Source: an uncultured delta proteobacterium (GTDB lineage: Bacteria; Desulfobacterota; Desulfomonilia; UBA1062). Taken from it: a stretch of DNA of 64,000 nt. Made by a program: the position numbers and the translations under genes. Under the pieces are notes generated by a model, which made no database searches, was not told where the DNA came from, and saw only the letters and a program-made list of their open reading frames with translations. Position 1 is the first letter of the stretch, and every line of letters starts with the position of its first letter. The stretch is taken from assembly GCA_963785235.1 (NCBI GenBank), contig CAWAUM010000010.1, forward strand, positions 96,001 to 160,000, read 5' to 3'. This document shows positions 9,875-22,300 of the stretch, piece after piece.

Positions 9875-11296
9875 ATGAGAAGTAAATGGCTCTCGATAGG
9901 CATCTTTCCCTTGCTGTTTTGCCTCTTTTTATCAGGCGCATGCAGCAAGCACCATACAGGCCACAAAGTGTCTGCCGAAGAGGCCTTTTCCGCACATATC
10001 ATCGCACCAGCGGATAATGTGACCGTTACTGAAGGACAGCCGGTTAACTTTGAAGGGACTGCAGTCAACGGCACAGGGCCTTACACCTATCAATGGACCT
10101 TTGACGGAGGTGCATCGGATTCAATAGAGCAGAACCCCGGATTAGTCACCTTTACTATGCGCGGGACCTATACGATCACCTTGGTCGTCAAAGATTCAAA
10201 AAAAGCCACAGCGAGTGAAACAAGGGTTGTAAGCGTGCGTTCCCCCGGGGCAAAGAATCTGCTCCTCGTAAGCGCCAGCACGAATCATTCCCTTGCGATC
10301 AAACCTGACGGGACACTCTGGTCATGGGGATTTAATTTTCATGGCCAACTCGGTGATGGAACCTGGACAAATAGAACTTCGCCCATCAAGGTAGGAAACG
10401 ACCAAGACTGGGTTGCGGTAAGCGCCGGTGATGGTTTCTCGCTTGCGCTCAAGTCGGATGGGACACTCTGGGCATGGGGAAGCAGTGCAGCTATCGGAAC
10501 TGGATCCTTTGGTGACAGCAATATCCCAATGCAGATCGCTTCCACGACGGACTGGGTTGCCATGAGTGCGGGAGGCGGCTTTTCGCTGGCTCTCAAGACC
10601 GACGGGTCTCTCTGGGCATGGGGAAATAATTCTTCCGGTCAGCTCGGTGATGGATCACAGAAAAGTGAATGGATCCCAGCACCGATCGGGACCGACAAAA
10701 ATTGGACTTCCGTGAGTGCAGGTATGGATCACAGTGCCGCGCTCAAATCCGACGGTACACTCTGGGAATGGGGAAGTAAATATAACCCTCCCGCCGGTTA
10801 CTACCAATGGTTATACGATACCGTACCGGTTCAGGTAGGAACCGATCCGGATTGGCTTGGGGTGAGTACCAGCGGGGATCATACGCTTGCCATCAAGTCC
10901 GACGGATCCCTCTGGTCATGGGGCAACAATGAATTCGGCCAGCTCGGATACAGTAGCTACATCTCAAGAGATACCCCCGCCCTGGTTATCACCCCCGGCA
11001 CATGGGTTGCGGTATGTGCCTCTGCTGACTACAGCCTTGCCGTTAAAAACGATGGAACCCTCTGGGCATGGGGAAATAACTATTATGGTCAGCTCGGAGA
11101 TGGAACAAACGTTGACAAAAGAATACCTACCCAGGTGGGGTCCGACAATGACTGGGTGATGGCACGATCCTTCTACCACCATACCATAGCCTATAAAACA
11201 GACGGTTCCATCTGGACCTGGGGCGCTAATTGGGCAGGCCAGCTCGGGAATGGGTCGTACGCTGATATGAATGTCCCCGGGAAGATCAACTTCTGA
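9875..11296 (+). CDS. Lipoprotein with PKD domain and RCC1/BLIP-II-like beta-propeller repeats
   Basis: Lipobox LSGAC; PKD-like YTYQWTFDGG...GTYTITLVVKD; repeated SLALKSDGTLWAWGxNxxGQLGDG. Confidence 0.85.
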   Translation: MRSKWLSIGIFPLLFCLFLSGACSKHHTGHKVSAEEAFSAHIIAPADNVTVTEGQPVNFEGTAVNGTGPYTYQWTFDGGASDSIEQNPGLVTFTMRGTYTITLVVKDSKKATASETRVVSVRSPGAKNLLLVSASTNHSLAIKPDGTLWSWGFNFHGQLGDGTWTNRTSPIKVGNDQDWVAVSAGDGFSLALKSDGTLWAWGSSAAIGTGSFGDSNIPMQIASTTDWVAMSAGGGFSLALKTDGSLWAWGNNSSGQLGDGSQKSEWIPAPIGTDKNWTSVSAGMDHSAALKSDGTLWEWGSKYNPPAGYYQWLYDTVPVQVGTDPDWLGVSTSGDHTLAIKSDGSLWSWGNNEFGQLGYSSYISRDTPALVITPGTWVAVCASADYSLAVKNDGTLWAWGNNYYGQLGDGTNVDKRIPTQVGSDNDWVMARSFYHHTIAYKTDGSIWTWGANWAGQLGNGSYADMNVPGKINF

Positions 11297-11300
11297 TTGC

Positions 11301-14300
11301 TTATTGCTGATCTAAAATATCCCTGATCTTCTTGGAGAATTCGGCCATGCTGAATGGTTTCTGGATAAAGCCTTTGCATCCGTTTTTCATGATTTCCTTT
11401 GCCTGACCATCAAGACTGTAGCCGCTTGAAAGCAGCACCTTTACATCGGGGTTGACGCGGCGCAGGGTGTCGAAGGTTTCTTTCCCGCCGAAATCGGGCA
11501 TGATAATGTCAAGGATCACAAGATCAATCTTACCCCGGGCCTGTTCATAAATCAGTAGACCTTGTCTTCCTCCTGATGCGCTCAACACCTTATAGCCGAG
11601 ACCTTCGAGCATTTTTGAACCGATATCCAGGATCATCTCTTCATCGTCAATGAGGAGTATCGTCTCACGACCTCTCATGATCTCGCCATTTGTCTTTTGC
11701 TCGCCTGAAACATCTTTATCCGAGGCCGGGAGATAGATCATGAAGGATGTGCCGAGGTCCTTTTCGCTCTCTACATTAACGAATCCGCCGTGATTCTTGA
11801 TGATACCATACACAGATGCCAAACCCAGGCCGGTTCCGCGGCCACGCTCCTTGGTGGTGAAAAACGGCTCGAAGATCCTTATTTTTACAGACTCGTCCAT
11901 TCCGATACCTGTATCCGTAACAGTCACCTTTACAAATCTGCCGGGCATGATTTCATAAGGACTCACCTCAACCTCATCCAGATTGATATTTTCTACCGAG
12001 ATGAACAGGTCACCGCCGCCCGGCATGGCCTGCCAGGCATTCACGAACAGATTGAGCATTACCTGTTCCATCTGCCCCCGGTCCACATCAACGGCCCAGA
12101 GTCCCTGGGCGATCTTGTTATGGATCCGGATCTCTTTCTTAGTCCGGCCGAACATCTCGGAACTCTTCTGAATGAATTCTCCAAGATGGGTAGGTTTAAC
12201 CTCATACTTTCCCCCCCTCGCAAATCCGAGCAGCTGCTTTGTAAGGTCGGAGCCACGCTGTACATATTCCTCAACACTCTTGAGGCGATCAAAGAATGGA
12301 TGCGACTCATCAAAGTGCATGAGTATGAGGGATACATTGCCCAGGATACCCATGAGCAAATTGTTGAAGTCATGGGCAATACCGCCTGCAAGCGTTCCCA
12401 CTGCCTCCATCTTCTGTGCACGGGTCAGCTGCTGCTCAAGGTTCTTCTTCTCGGTCATGTCGATGAGAAAGCCCCTCAATCCGGCAGGCTTGTCGTCATG
12501 GTAGACACAGGTGGTATGCACCAGTGCAGGGAAGGTTGTCCCGTCCTTTCTCCGGGCCACATATTCATTCAGACCAATCTTCTCCCCTCGCATGACCCTC
12601 TTATAGTTCTCCATCATCCGTTCATGGTCTTCCGGGGCCACCACATCCAGGACACTTATGCCCTGGTTCATCTCTTCGGTGGTGAACCCGAACCGTTCGA
12701 AGGAACTCTGGTTCACAAAGGTTAAGAAACCTTTTTCATTCGTTTCAAACACCGTCTCGGGCATGAGGCTGGCCAGATCACGGAATCGCTCCTCGCTCTC
12801 GCGCAAAGCCTTTTCGGCATTCTTCCGGTCAGTGATGTCCATGAGTGAGGCGACACTTACCTTGCTGCCTGGTATGAGGGCTATGCTCAGAAAGATGTCC
12901 CTTGACTCACCTGAACGGTTTAAGAATCTGAATTCATAGGATCTGGGGACGGATTCGATCCCCTCCCGGCGCTCTTCATGGTAACGCTTCATCCTCTCCA
13001 GGTCTTCAGGAGAAACGAACGTAGTCCAGCTCATCTTGCCCTCGACCTCTTGGCGCAAGTAGCCCGAGAGCTTTTCGAAATTGGAGTTTACCAGCAGGAC
13101 CGTCCTGTCCTCCCCGAGCAGCATTGAGGCATTCCCAGTGTTCTCAAAGATGGTGCGGTACTGCTCCTCGCTATCCCTGATTGCCTCCTCGATCTGTTTC
13201 CTCTCGGTGATGTCGGTCTGCGTCCCGATGATGCGGGCAGGGTTGCCGTCTTCAGACCATTGGAAGACCTTGCCCCGGTCAAGGACCCACTTGTAACTCC
13301 CGTCCTTGCATTTCACCCGGTGCTCACTGGTATAGACCGGCAGCTCTCCGCGCAGATGACGCTCCAGAATATTGTCCGACTGCTGCCTGTCCTCGGGATG
13401 GATCAACCTCGACCAGGCCTTAGGACTGTCGTCGATTTCGTTGTCCGTGTAACCGAGCATCTCCTTCCAGCGTCTGGAACGGTACACCTTTTTATTTATC
13501 AGATCATAGTCCCATACACCATCGCCTGCACCCTCCAGGGCGAATTGCCACCTCGCTTCGCTCTCCCGGAGTGCCTTCTCGGACCGGTTGCGCTCCGTAA
13601 TGTCAATCATGGATGATACACTCTCTTTTGTGCCCGGGATCAAGGCGACACTCATGAAAAGATCCCTTATCTCTCCTTTGCGGTCCTTAAAACGGAACTC
13701 ATAGGAGTTCGCTGCCGAGCCCGGATCATTGCGGCGCATCACGTGGTATCTCTTCATCCTCTCCAGGTCTTCGGCCACAACGAAACCGGTCCAGCTCATC
13801 TTACCTTCCAGTTCTTCTCCCGAGTATCCCGACATCTTCTCAAAATTTGAGTTGGCAAGGAGGATCGTGGTATCTTCGGCTATGATGATGTTCGCCGTTG
13901 CAGTGCTCTCGAAGGTTGTCCGGTAGAGCTCTTCGCTTTTCCGTATGACCTCATCGGCCTTCCTGCGCTCTGTGATGTCCCGGGTGATACCCAGAATACC
14001 CGTGGGATTACCGGCTTCATCATACAGGATATTAATCTTCACCTCTGTCCATACCGTGGATCCATCTTTGCGGATCATCTCGAGTTCGATGTTTTTCGTC
14101 CACGCTTTGCCGTGCATCTGCCCGCCGAGTTCCAGCAAACGTTCCCGAGCAAAGAGATCGGCTATTCTCTGGTAGGATTCGGGCGTGAGGGATTGATCTA
14201 TGGAATGCTTCATGACTTCTTCAGGGGTATATCCCCTGAGCTCCATAACAGAAGGGCTCACATAGACATAGTGCAAGTCGGTGTCGAGAACCCAGATAAC

Positions 14301-17084
14301 ATCCCGCAGGTTCTCGGCGAGCAGCCGGTAACGGCTCTCGCTCTCCTTGAGGGCCTGCTCGGCCTGGATCCTTTCCGTGATGTCTCTCCCTACGCCCCTG
14401 AACCCGGCAGGCTCACCCGATGTGTCTCGAATCAGCGATACTGACATCTCGATGACCCTTTTTGATCCATCCTTCCTGATGAGCTCATGATCGACCAGGG
14501 TTTTTGGTTTGCCTATTCTATAAACATCGTTGAAGACCTGGAATAACTTCGTTGAGGTCTCTGAAGTGGAAATGGACCTGTAGTTCATACCGCAGAGTTC
14601 TTCACGGGTATAGCCGAGAACTTTGCTTAAGGAATCATTGAAAAAGGTGAAGTTGCCACTGAGGTCTGATTCGAGGTATGCCTCTTCCATGCTCTCGAGG
14701 ATAGATCGGTACTTCTCCTCACTTACACGCAGCGCATCCTCAGCCTGTTTACGGCTGGTGATATCCCTTACAACGCCACTGAACCCGATCGGTGCTCCAT
14801 TGGCATCCCGCCTCAAGGATACAGAAGCGTCGACGTAAATCTTGTGGCCATTCTTTTCATTTAATTCCCATTCGACGCTGCTGATAGGCTCCCCATCGAG
14901 AAAGACCTTATGGAATGCATTGAAAACCTTCTTGGTATTCTTATCATCGATATACTGGCGATAGTTAACCCCCATGAGCTCATCATGTGCATAGCCAAGC
15001 CGTTGTGCAGGCCTGGGATTGAAAAAAGTGAAGTTGCCCTTGAGGTCCACCTCATAGTATGCCTCTTCCATGTTGTCGAGGATGCTTCGATAACGCTCCT
15101 CGCTTTCCCGAAGGGCCTTCTCGGACCGTTTGCGCACGGTAACATCACGCACCAGCGTATTGAACCCTATGGGCTGCCCCGATGCATCTCTCATGAGCCA
15201 GACAGACAACTCATTGTCATGAAGAGAGCCGTCCTTGTGGTTGACCTGGTAGTCCACCAGCAACTCGGGTTTCCCTGTCTTGAAAACCCTGTTAAAGGAC
15301 TCGAACATGAGCTTGGCTGTTTCAGGCGGGGCGTATGTGCGATAATTCATCCCGAGCAGTTCTTCCGGGCTGTATCCGGACATCCTGACGGCTGCATTGT
15401 TGAAGAAGGTGAAGTTACCGGCAAAATCCACCTCGAAATATGATTCCTCCATGCTTTCCAGGATTCTTCTGTACTTGTCCTCGCTGATACGCAAGGCCTC
15501 CTCGGCCTGTTTGCGCTCGGTGATATCGATATGATTGGAAATACTTTCATTGGTCCCGGGTATGAGGGTAACCAGGGCAAGGATATCCCTGACCTCTCCT
15601 GTCCGGGTGATAAACCTGAACTCGTAAGATTCCGGCGCAGAGCCCGGCTTTTCCCGTCGCATTCTGTGATAGTTTTTCAGCCGTTCAAGGTCATCCTCGG
15701 AAATAAAGGATTCCCAGGTCATCTTGCCCTCGATCTCGTGGCGGGAGTAGCCCGAAAGCCCTTCGAAATTGGAGTTCGCAAGCAGGATTGTCTTGTCCTC
15801 TCCTATGATGATGGCGGCGTTGCCCGTATTCTCGAATATGGCCCGGTAGCGCCCCTCACTCTTTTTCAGGGCATCTTCAACCATTTTCCGCTCGGTCACA
15901 TCCCTTTCCACGCCGCGAAAACCCTTTGGCTGCCCTGAAGGGTCCAGCAAGAGAGCGGCAGTCATCTCATGAACCCGGACAGACCCATCCTTTTGAATTA
16001 CTTCATAATCAACCGTATATTCAGGGTTTCTGGTTTTATAAATCCGGCTGTATACTTCAAGCATCTGTTTTGCCGTCTCAGGGGTCATGTACTTGCGGTA
16101 ATTCAATCCATGGATTTCATCCTGAGAATATCCCAGTCCTCTGCAGCTGGCCTCGTTATTGAACGTGAAGTTGCCCTTGAGATCGAGTTCGAAATACCCT
16201 TCTTCGATATTTTCAAGGATTCCCCTGTACCTTTCTTCACTCAGGCGCAAAGCCTCTTCCGCCTGTCTACGATCATTGATATCCATGCATGACGCCACAC
16301 TCTCGTTGGTGCCGGGTATCATGGCTATGGTCAGGAAGATGTAACGGAGTTCTCCGTAGCGATTCTTAAAACGGAACTCATAAGAACCAGGTGCCGATTC
16401 AGGGTTTTCCCTGCGCTGTGCATGGTAGCGCCTCATCTTCTCAATGTCTTCATCTGCGATGAAGACAGTCCAGCTCATCTTTCCTTCCAGCTCTTCCTTG
16501 GAATATCCCGAGAGCCTTTCAAAATTCGAGTTCGCAAGGAGGATCGTTGTATCTTCTCCGATACAGATGGATGCGTTACCCGTATTCTCGAAGATGGTGC
16601 GATAGCGCTCTGAGCTTTTTTTCAACTGTTCCTGGGCTTTCTTCCATGCAGTTATGTCACGGGCGATTCCCTGGATGGCATAGGGCTCTCCTGAACGATA
16701 AATGACAGAGGCCCTTGACTCCAGCCAGACAAAACTCCCGTCTTTGTGTCTGACCATATATTCTTCGGATTCCCTCTGTGTCCCTGTCTCCTTCAATTCC
16801 TGTATGGTTCTGAACACCTTGGGGATCTGCTCGTCTGCAAGAAGCGTAGTCAATGTGATATTTTTCAGCTCTTCTCTGGAGTATCCGAGCAGATTGAACC
16901 CGGCATTACTGGCATCAAGAAACCTGCCTTCAAAGTCGAGGATATAGACCACGTCAAAAGATCGCTCAAACAGGGCCTTGTAGCGCTCTTCACTCTCCCT
17001 GGCAGCCTCTATTGCCAGGCTGTGTTCCTGCTCAAGGTCCTTGAGCCTCTTTTCCAAGTCCTCATAGCTGGGTTTCTCAAACAT
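11301..17084 (-). CDS. Cytoplasmic hybrid sensor histidine kinase: 12 PAS domains, HisKA, HATPase and receiver domain
   Basis: Twelve 'ExxYRxxxE...DITERK' modules, [17 protein letters not shown]...GTGLGL, ILLIDDE...DIIMP. Confidence 0.95.
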   Translation of the reverse strand: MFEKPSYEDLEKRLKDLEQEHSLAIEAARESEERYKALFERSFDVVYILDFEGRFLDASNAGFNLLGYSREELKNITLTTLLADEQIPKVFRTIQELKETGTQRESEEYMVRHKDGSFVWLESRASVIYRSGEPYAIQGIARDITAWKKAQEQLKKSSERYRTIFENTGNASICIGEDTTILLANSNFERLSGYSKEELEGKMSWTVFIADEDIEKMRRYHAQRRENPESAPGSYEFRFKNRYGELRYIFLTIAMIPGTNESVASCMDINDRRQAEEALRLSEERYRGILENIEEGYFELDLKGNFTFNNEASCRGLGYSQDEIHGLNYRKYMTPETAKQMLEVYSRIYKTRNPEYTVDYEVIQKDGSVRVHEMTAALLLDPSGQPKGFRGVERDVTERKMVEDALKKSEGRYRAIFENTGNAAIIIGEDKTILLANSNFEGLSGYSRHEIEGKMTWESFISEDDLERLKNYHRMRREKPGSAPESYEFRFITRTGEVRDILALVTLIPGTNESISNHIDITERKQAEEALRISEDKYRRILESMEESYFEVDFAGNFTFFNNAAVRMSGYSPEELLGMNYRTYAPPETAKLMFESFNRVFKTGKPELLVDYQVNHKDGSLHDNELSVWLMRDASGQPIGFNTLVRDVTVRKRSEKALRESEERYRSILDNMEEAYYEVDLKGNFTFFNPRPAQRLGYAHDELMGVNYRQYIDDKNTKKVFNAFHKVFLDGEPISSVEWELNEKNGHKIYVDASVSLRRDANGAPIGFSGVVRDITSRKQAEDALRVSEEKYRSILESMEEAYLESDLSGNFTFFNDSLSKVLGYTREELCGMNYRSISTSETSTKLFQVFNDVYRIGKPKTLVDHELIRKDGSKRVIEMSVSLIRDTSGEPAGFRGVGRDITERIQAEQALKESESRYRLLAENLRDVIWVLDTDLHYVYVSPSVMELRGYTPEEVMKHSIDQSLTPESYQRIADLFARERLLELGGQMHGKAWTKNIELEMIRKDGSTVWTEVKINILYDEAGNPTGILGITRDITERRKADEVIRKSEELYRTTFESTATANIIIAEDTTILLANSNFEKMSGYSGEELEGKMSWTGFVVAEDLERMKRYHVMRRNDPGSAANSYEFRFKDRKGEIRDLFMSVALIPGTKESVSSMIDITERNRSEKALRESEARWQFALEGAGDGVWDYDLINKKVYRSRRWKEMLGYTDNEIDDSPKAWSRLIHPEDRQQSDNILERHLRGELPVYTSEHRVKCKDGSYKWVLDRGKVFQWSEDGNPARIIGTQTDITERKQIEEAIRDSEEQYRTIFENTGNASMLLGEDRTVLLVNSNFEKLSGYLRQEVEGKMSWTTFVSPEDLERMKRYHEERREGIESVPRSYEFRFLNRSGESRDIFLSIALIPGSKVSVASLMDITDRKNAEKALRESEERFRDLASLMPETVFETNEKGFLTFVNQSSFERFGFTTEEMNQGISVLDVVAPEDHERMMENYKRVMRGEKIGLNEYVARRKDGTTFPALVHTTCVYHDDKPAGLRGFLIDMTEKKNLEQQLTRAQKMEAVGTLAGGIAHDFNNLLMGILGNVSLILMHFDESHPFFDRLKSVEEYVQRGSDLTKQLLGFARGGKYEVKPTHLGEFIQKSSEMFGRTKKEIRIHNKIAQGLWAVDVDRGQMEQVMLNLFVNAWQAMPGGGDLFISVENINLDEVEVSPYEIMPGRFVKVTVTDTGIGMDESVKIRIFEPFFTTKERGRGTGLGLASVYGIIKNHGGFVNVESEKDLGTSFMIYLPASDKDVSGEQKTNGEIMRGRETILLIDDEEMILDIGSKMLEGLGYKVLSASGGRQGLLIYEQARGKIDLVILDIIMPDFGGKETFDTLRRVNPDVKVLLSSGYSLDGQAKEIMKNGCKGFIQKPFSMAEFSKKIRDILDQQ

Positions 17085-17261
17085 CAGCTTCTCCTCCCGG
17101 AGGATAGAGCGGCATCTTTTCCTGTGCCTTGTTACGCAAGATATACGGGTATCTCATGCAGATACTTTATCGGCATTCTACCCTGGGGAAACTTAGCGTC
17201 ACATGATGATTTTGCGATATTATTATTCCGGATGTTGCATGTAAGCGGTGTAAAAACCTGA

Positions 17262-17347
17262 TCCGTTAAAAACCTCAATCTTGCAGCCTTTGTGGAACGC
17301 TGATTATATCGGACTTTCATGGCTGCAAGATTGAGGTTTTTAACGGA
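17262..17347. repeat. Perfect 27-bp inverted repeat with 32-nt spacer (MITE-like)
   Basis: tccgttaaaaacctcaatcttgcagcc (17262-17288) and its exact reverse complement (17321-17347). Confidence 0.8.
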
Positions 17348-17483
17348 CCTATAAAAAACAATTTCACGGCACCAATTTCACGGACTATGAGTTTTATGCT
17401 TAAGGCCTCCGTACTCTGATAGAGCATGTAAGCTTGCATCAAACGCAGAGTCCGGGGTTTTTTAAGGGCAGCTTATGGTAAAA

Positions 17484-19322
17484 TCATTTATTCCACAGGA
17501 GACTGTTTAGTCCCGAACTGCGCTGGGTTCGCCTGGCGATCGAAGAAGAGAAGATGTCTTCGAGGGCCCAGATCTCGATAGCGTCCCTGGCCCTGGTTAT
17601 GCCCGTATAGACGAGCTCCCTGGTGAGCACAGGAGAGTCGCGCTCCGGTAGTATGAGCAGAACCCGGTCGAACTCGGACCCCTGGCTCTTGTGGATTGTC
17701 ATGGCAAAGGCCGTTTCGTGTGCGGGCAGCCTTAAGGGCGAAATCTTCCTGACAGACCCGTCTTTGTCCATAAAGCAGGCGCGCAGGTCATCCCCCTCGC
17801 TCACGATGAGCCCGATGTCGCCGTTCATGAGCCTCAGGGTATAGTCGTTTTCCGTGACAAGCACGGGCCTGCCGTGGTAGTGCAGCCTGCCGGGTTCAAT
17901 GAGGCCCGCGCCCTGCAGGATCTCTTCCACCTTGCGGTTCAGGGCCGCTACACCATAAGGACCCTCGCGGACAGGGCTCAGGATGCGCAACGTATCGAAG
18001 AGGCGGAAGCGTTCATAAATATCCTCTGAGGCGAGAAAACCTCCATACCCCCTGGTAACAATCTCTTTCAGCGCCCTGTTCAATTCTCCCGGTAAAGGCA
18101 GGTCCTGCCAGCAAAGCTCTGCTCTGTGGTCTGAGTGGAGGATCTCAAGGGACCGGCCGATATCTCCCGAATTGACTGCCTCGCCCAGGGCGAAGATGGC
18201 GCTGTCTTTACTGAAACGGAAGGTCCGGGTGAGTTCCACAAGCGAATCCTGCATGCCGCCTTCGCCGCCTGAGGGCACCGTGCACCCTGCTGTCCTTTTC
18301 ACAAGTCCGGCAAAGTCAGGCGAATAGGCATGGGAGGCGCCCACATCGCAGATATCCCCGAGCACGTAGCCTGCCTGAACGGAAGCGAGCTGGTTCTTGT
18401 CGCCAAGCAGGATAAGGCGGGCCGTGTCCTTGAGGGCACGGACCAGGTTTGACATGAGGGCCAGGTCTGCCATTGACGCCTCGTCTATGGCGATAACATC
18501 GGCACTCAACGGATTTGCTGCGCCGTGCCTCGGCTGAGTTGACCCGGGAGAGAAGCCCAGGAGCCTGTGGATGGTGGTGGCCTCGCACGGGATCATGGCC
18601 TTTACCTCAGGTGCGCAGTCCATGAGTTCAAGACTGCGCCGGATGGACTCTTCGATCCTCCGGGCCGCCTTGCCGGTGGGGGCCGCCAGGGCGATCTTCA
18701 GGTGAGGCTCCTGCTCAAGGAGCAGGGCCATTATCCTGCAGACAAGCGTGGTCTTGCCCGTGCCCGGCCCGCCCGTGATCACGCATAGACCTCTTGAAAC
18801 GGCAGCCGCAGCCGCGGCTTTGTGCAGGTCATGCCCGTCGGTCCCGTCCGGGGGAAACATTCGCGAGAGGCCCCTGGTGAATAGGGTCTCGTCAAAAGGC
18901 ATGACCCGTGCGTTCAAACGCAGCAGAACCTCGGCCAATCTCCGCTCGTTCTCACAGGAGCGGTGGAGATAAAGCCTGCCCGCCTCGTCAAGGATGAGGG
19001 GGCGGTAATCGCCCGGGCCGCCCACGACCGTACAGGTCTTCAGGGCAGATATCCAGGCCTCAGGTGAAGGCAGTTCCAGTACAGCGGCCCCGAACTCTTT
19101 GCCCATCAGCCCTGCCCTGATATCGTTCAGATTCAGGCAGGTGTGCCCTTCCCTGCTGAGCCTGCTCACAAGGGCGGCAGCAAGGATGAGCTCCTTGCTG
19201 CCGGATTCTGAGAGCTGCACCATGAACCGGGCGAAATGCATATCAATGGGCTCGAAATAATCTTCTGCTGGCATCAGACCCTGTTCAACACTTTTCCTGG
19301 AATCAACGGCATCATGCGCCAT
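17484..19322 (-). CDS. recD: Exodeoxyribonuclease V alpha subunit RecD
   Basis: TGGPGTGKTT, AAPTGKAA, IDEASM, LGDKNQLASV, AMTIHKSQGSEF, YTGITRA. Confidence 0.95.
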   Translation of the reverse strand: MAHDAVDSRKSVEQGLMPAEDYFEPIDMHFARFMVQLSESGSKELILAAALVSRLSREGHTCLNLNDIRAGLMGKEFGAAVLELPSPEAWISALKTCTVVGGPGDYRPLILDEAGRLYLHRSCENERRLAEVLLRLNARVMPFDETLFTRGLSRMFPPDGTDGHDLHKAAAAAAVSRGLCVITGGPGTGKTTLVCRIMALLLEQEPHLKIALAAPTGKAARRIEESIRRSLELMDCAPEVKAMIPCEATTIHRLLGFSPGSTQPRHGAANPLSADVIAIDEASMADLALMSNLVRALKDTARLILLGDKNQLASVQAGYVLGDICDVGASHAYSPDFAGLVKRTAGCTVPSGGEGGMQDSLVELTRTFRFSKDSAIFALGEAVNSGDIGRSLEILHSDHRAELCWQDLPLPGELNRALKEIVTRGYGGFLASEDIYERFRLFDTLRILSPVREGPYGVAALNRKVEEILQGAGLIEPGRLHYHGRPVLVTENDYTLRLMNGDIGLIVSEGDDLRACFMDKDGSVRKISPLRLPAHETAFAMTIHKSQGSEFDRVLLILPERDSPVLTRELVYTGITRARDAIEIWALEDIFSSSIARRTQRSSGLNSLLWNK

Positions 19323-19336
19323 TCGTTTTTTACCCT

Positions 19337-22300
19337 CTACTTGTCCTTGTTCATCAGCACTTCGCTCAACTTTACCAGGTTCTCTTCATCCGGACGGGCG
19401 CGGAAGATGCCGTACTCCGGCCCCCTGCCAGGATCAACACCCCGCAGGTACACGTAGAAGACCCCTCCGAAGTGCTCGTCATAGTTATATCCCTGCAGCC
19501 GCTGTTTCAGGTATTGATCCAGCGCCACGCAGTAGAGGTGATACTGGAGGATGTAGTTGTCCCTGATCATGGATTTCAGGAGTGCATCCTGGCTGTAGTC
19601 CTCCACTGTGTCACCCAGATGGTTGGACTTCCAGTCGATGAGATAGTACTTCCCCTCGTGCATGAAGACCAGGTCCATGAAGCCCCGAAGGAAACCTTTA
19701 ACCGGTTCAAAGGTGAAGCGGGGGGTATTTGCCGGCATCCAGAGCCCCCTCTCCCTGTCCCTCTCCCGCAAGGGGAGAGGGGACCTTCATTGAGGGCATG
19801 CAGTGAGTAATGGCTTGCTCCAGGATACCGGGTGTGAGCTGATTCAAAGGGAACAGGAACTCCAGCTCGGTGAGCCGTTCTGCCTTAGTAACCAGGTTGA
19901 GACTTGTCACCCCCAGGTCGACGGTGAGAACCTACGCACCATACCGGTCACGGTCCCGGCCCAGGTCCTTTCGAAACCATGGCTGTGCGAGCATTTCCTC
20001 CACCACGGCCCGGATCGCTTCATTGTCCGCAGTGAATTCGATCTTCTCGAAGACCTCGTGAAGAAGCGTGCCTGCCCGGGCCCCTTTGGGGAAGGAGAAG
20101 ATGTCTTTAACCCTCTCCCCTTTTTCTCCTGACCCATTTTTCATACCCTGCCACAGGGTGTCCCGGTCAGCTGCTTCACTGCCTTTGTGCAGGCCGTGGA
20201 TGAACGCGGTGTAGCTGGCGATTCCCCAGGTGCGGTCAATGGCTCCTGGGAAGACCCGTGCTGCAGGTTCTTCCGAAGATAAGGCAGGCCGCGCCGCAGG
20301 TTCGGGCCGGCCATGGGGGATGTCCAGGACCCGGGCATGACCCGTTCTTGCGCCAAGGAATTCCTCCAGGCTACGCCGCAGGTCTGCTGCATCCGCGCCC
20401 TTCATGAGATGGGCCATGGCCGATCTCTCGGCCCCCTTCACCCTGCCCCAGGCCACATAGCACCGGTTCTTTGCCCGGGTGAGAGCCACATAGAAGAGCC
20501 TCACGTTCTCGGCCAGGGTCTCTTCCAGGGCCTTCCCCCGATGGCTTTCCTGCTCTGGTGAGCCCATGTCCAGCACAGCAGTATGGGCATCATCGTGGAA
20601 CAGCACCCCCTCCCCCTTGTCCGGCTTTGCAGCGCCCCAGGCAAAGGGGCAGAACACCACCGGGAATTCGAGGCCCTTGCTCTTGTGCACGGTCATGACC
20701 CTAACCGCGTCGTCGTCGCTCTCGAGCCTGAGCTGGTACTCGTCGCTGCCGGGCATGCCCGGGTCCCTGCGCTCGGCAAGCCATTTCCTCAGGCCCTGCA
20801 TGCCCAGCTTCTCAGGCCGCCTCCGCCTTGCCCAGGAGCTCGGCGATGTGGAGAATATTGGTGAGCGCCCGCTCGCCCGCAGACCATGCTCAGCAGGCGC
20901 GAGCGCACCCCCTGGCCGTCCAGGAGCCTCTTGATCATGGGCGTGAAGCCGGAGCGGGCCCAGAGCTCGTGCCAGTCCCGGAACTGCTCGATCCAGTTCT
21001 CCCATGCCGCTTCGTCAATACTGAGCGCATCCACGGCCGCAGGGTTCAGGGCAAAGATGCGGGTCATGAGTGCGGTGCGCACGAGCCCCTCGCGATACGG
21101 CTCGGCCAGGGCTGCAAGGAGCACCTCCATCTCGAAGGCCTCGCTCGAGAGAAACACGTTCTCGTCGCTGTAGAGCACGCAAGGGATGCCTGCTGCGTGC
21201 AGGCTGTCGCGGACCATGCGCGCCTGGGTGTTGGTGCGTACGAGCACAGCCATGTCCGAGGGCTTGAGTCCATCGTTACCGAGCTTCACAGCGCCATTGC
21301 TTGAGAGGTTCAGGAGCCGGGAGATCTCGAAAGCTACGGCCCTGCACACGGCCCTGCCCGCCTGCTCCACCGTGAGCTCGCGTGCCTCGCCTGCGTCCAG
21401 GTACCAGACCTGCAGCGGCCCTTCATCGAGCCCGGTGAGCGTCTTCCGGTCGGTCTTTGGCGCGGGCTCGGCCGCATCGAAGCGGATCCAGTCGAAGACA
21501 AAGGGATACTCCGCCTGTGCGAACACCGCGTTCACCGCTTCTATCAGGCCGGGATCGCTCCGCCAGTTGTGGATCAGGGTGTGCTTGTGTGCCTCAACCA
21601 CGCTGTGGGCGGCCCGGGCATAGGTGAACACGTCCGCGCCCCGGAAGCTGTAGACGGCCTGCTTGGGGTCGCCGATGAAGAACAGGCATGATCCGGCAAA
21701 ACACCGCGTGAAGATCTCGTACTGCAAGGGGTCCGTGTCCTGGAACTCGTCGATCAGGGCCGCCTTGAACCTTCCCGCTACCGCTCCGGCCAGCGCGCCA
21801 CCACCCCGGGACCGCAGGGCCTGGTGCATCCTCAGGAGCAGGTCGTCGTAGTGCACGAGCCCCAGCTTCTCCTTGCGCCGCGCCAGCGCCGTATCCAGGA
21901 TATGCGAAGAACTCGACCTTCAGCGAGGTGATCTCGTCCTCAAAGGCAGCGCTCAATGTATCGCCTGCCTCCTGCAAAGCCCCGCACAGGGCAAAGACCG
22001 GGTGTTCCGGCATGGTGGCGCCCTTTTTCGTGGCCTTCTTAATGGCGGTCGGCGTGAACTTTGCCAGGCACGAGGCCGCGGGCAGCGCCACGCACCCCAT
22101 GGCCAGGTAGCGCTCCATGTCCGCCAGGTATCCCGGGACTTTTGGTGACCTTGTGGGTGCTCTGGTTGATGGTGTCCGTATCGCACATGAGCCGCTCCAC
22201 CTCGCCCAGCGCGGTAGGCCATGCTGCGGCAAGTGCGGCAAAGGCCTGCCGGTACTCAGCCAGCAGCGGATCCAGCGCACCCTGACCGTCGGGTCCATCA

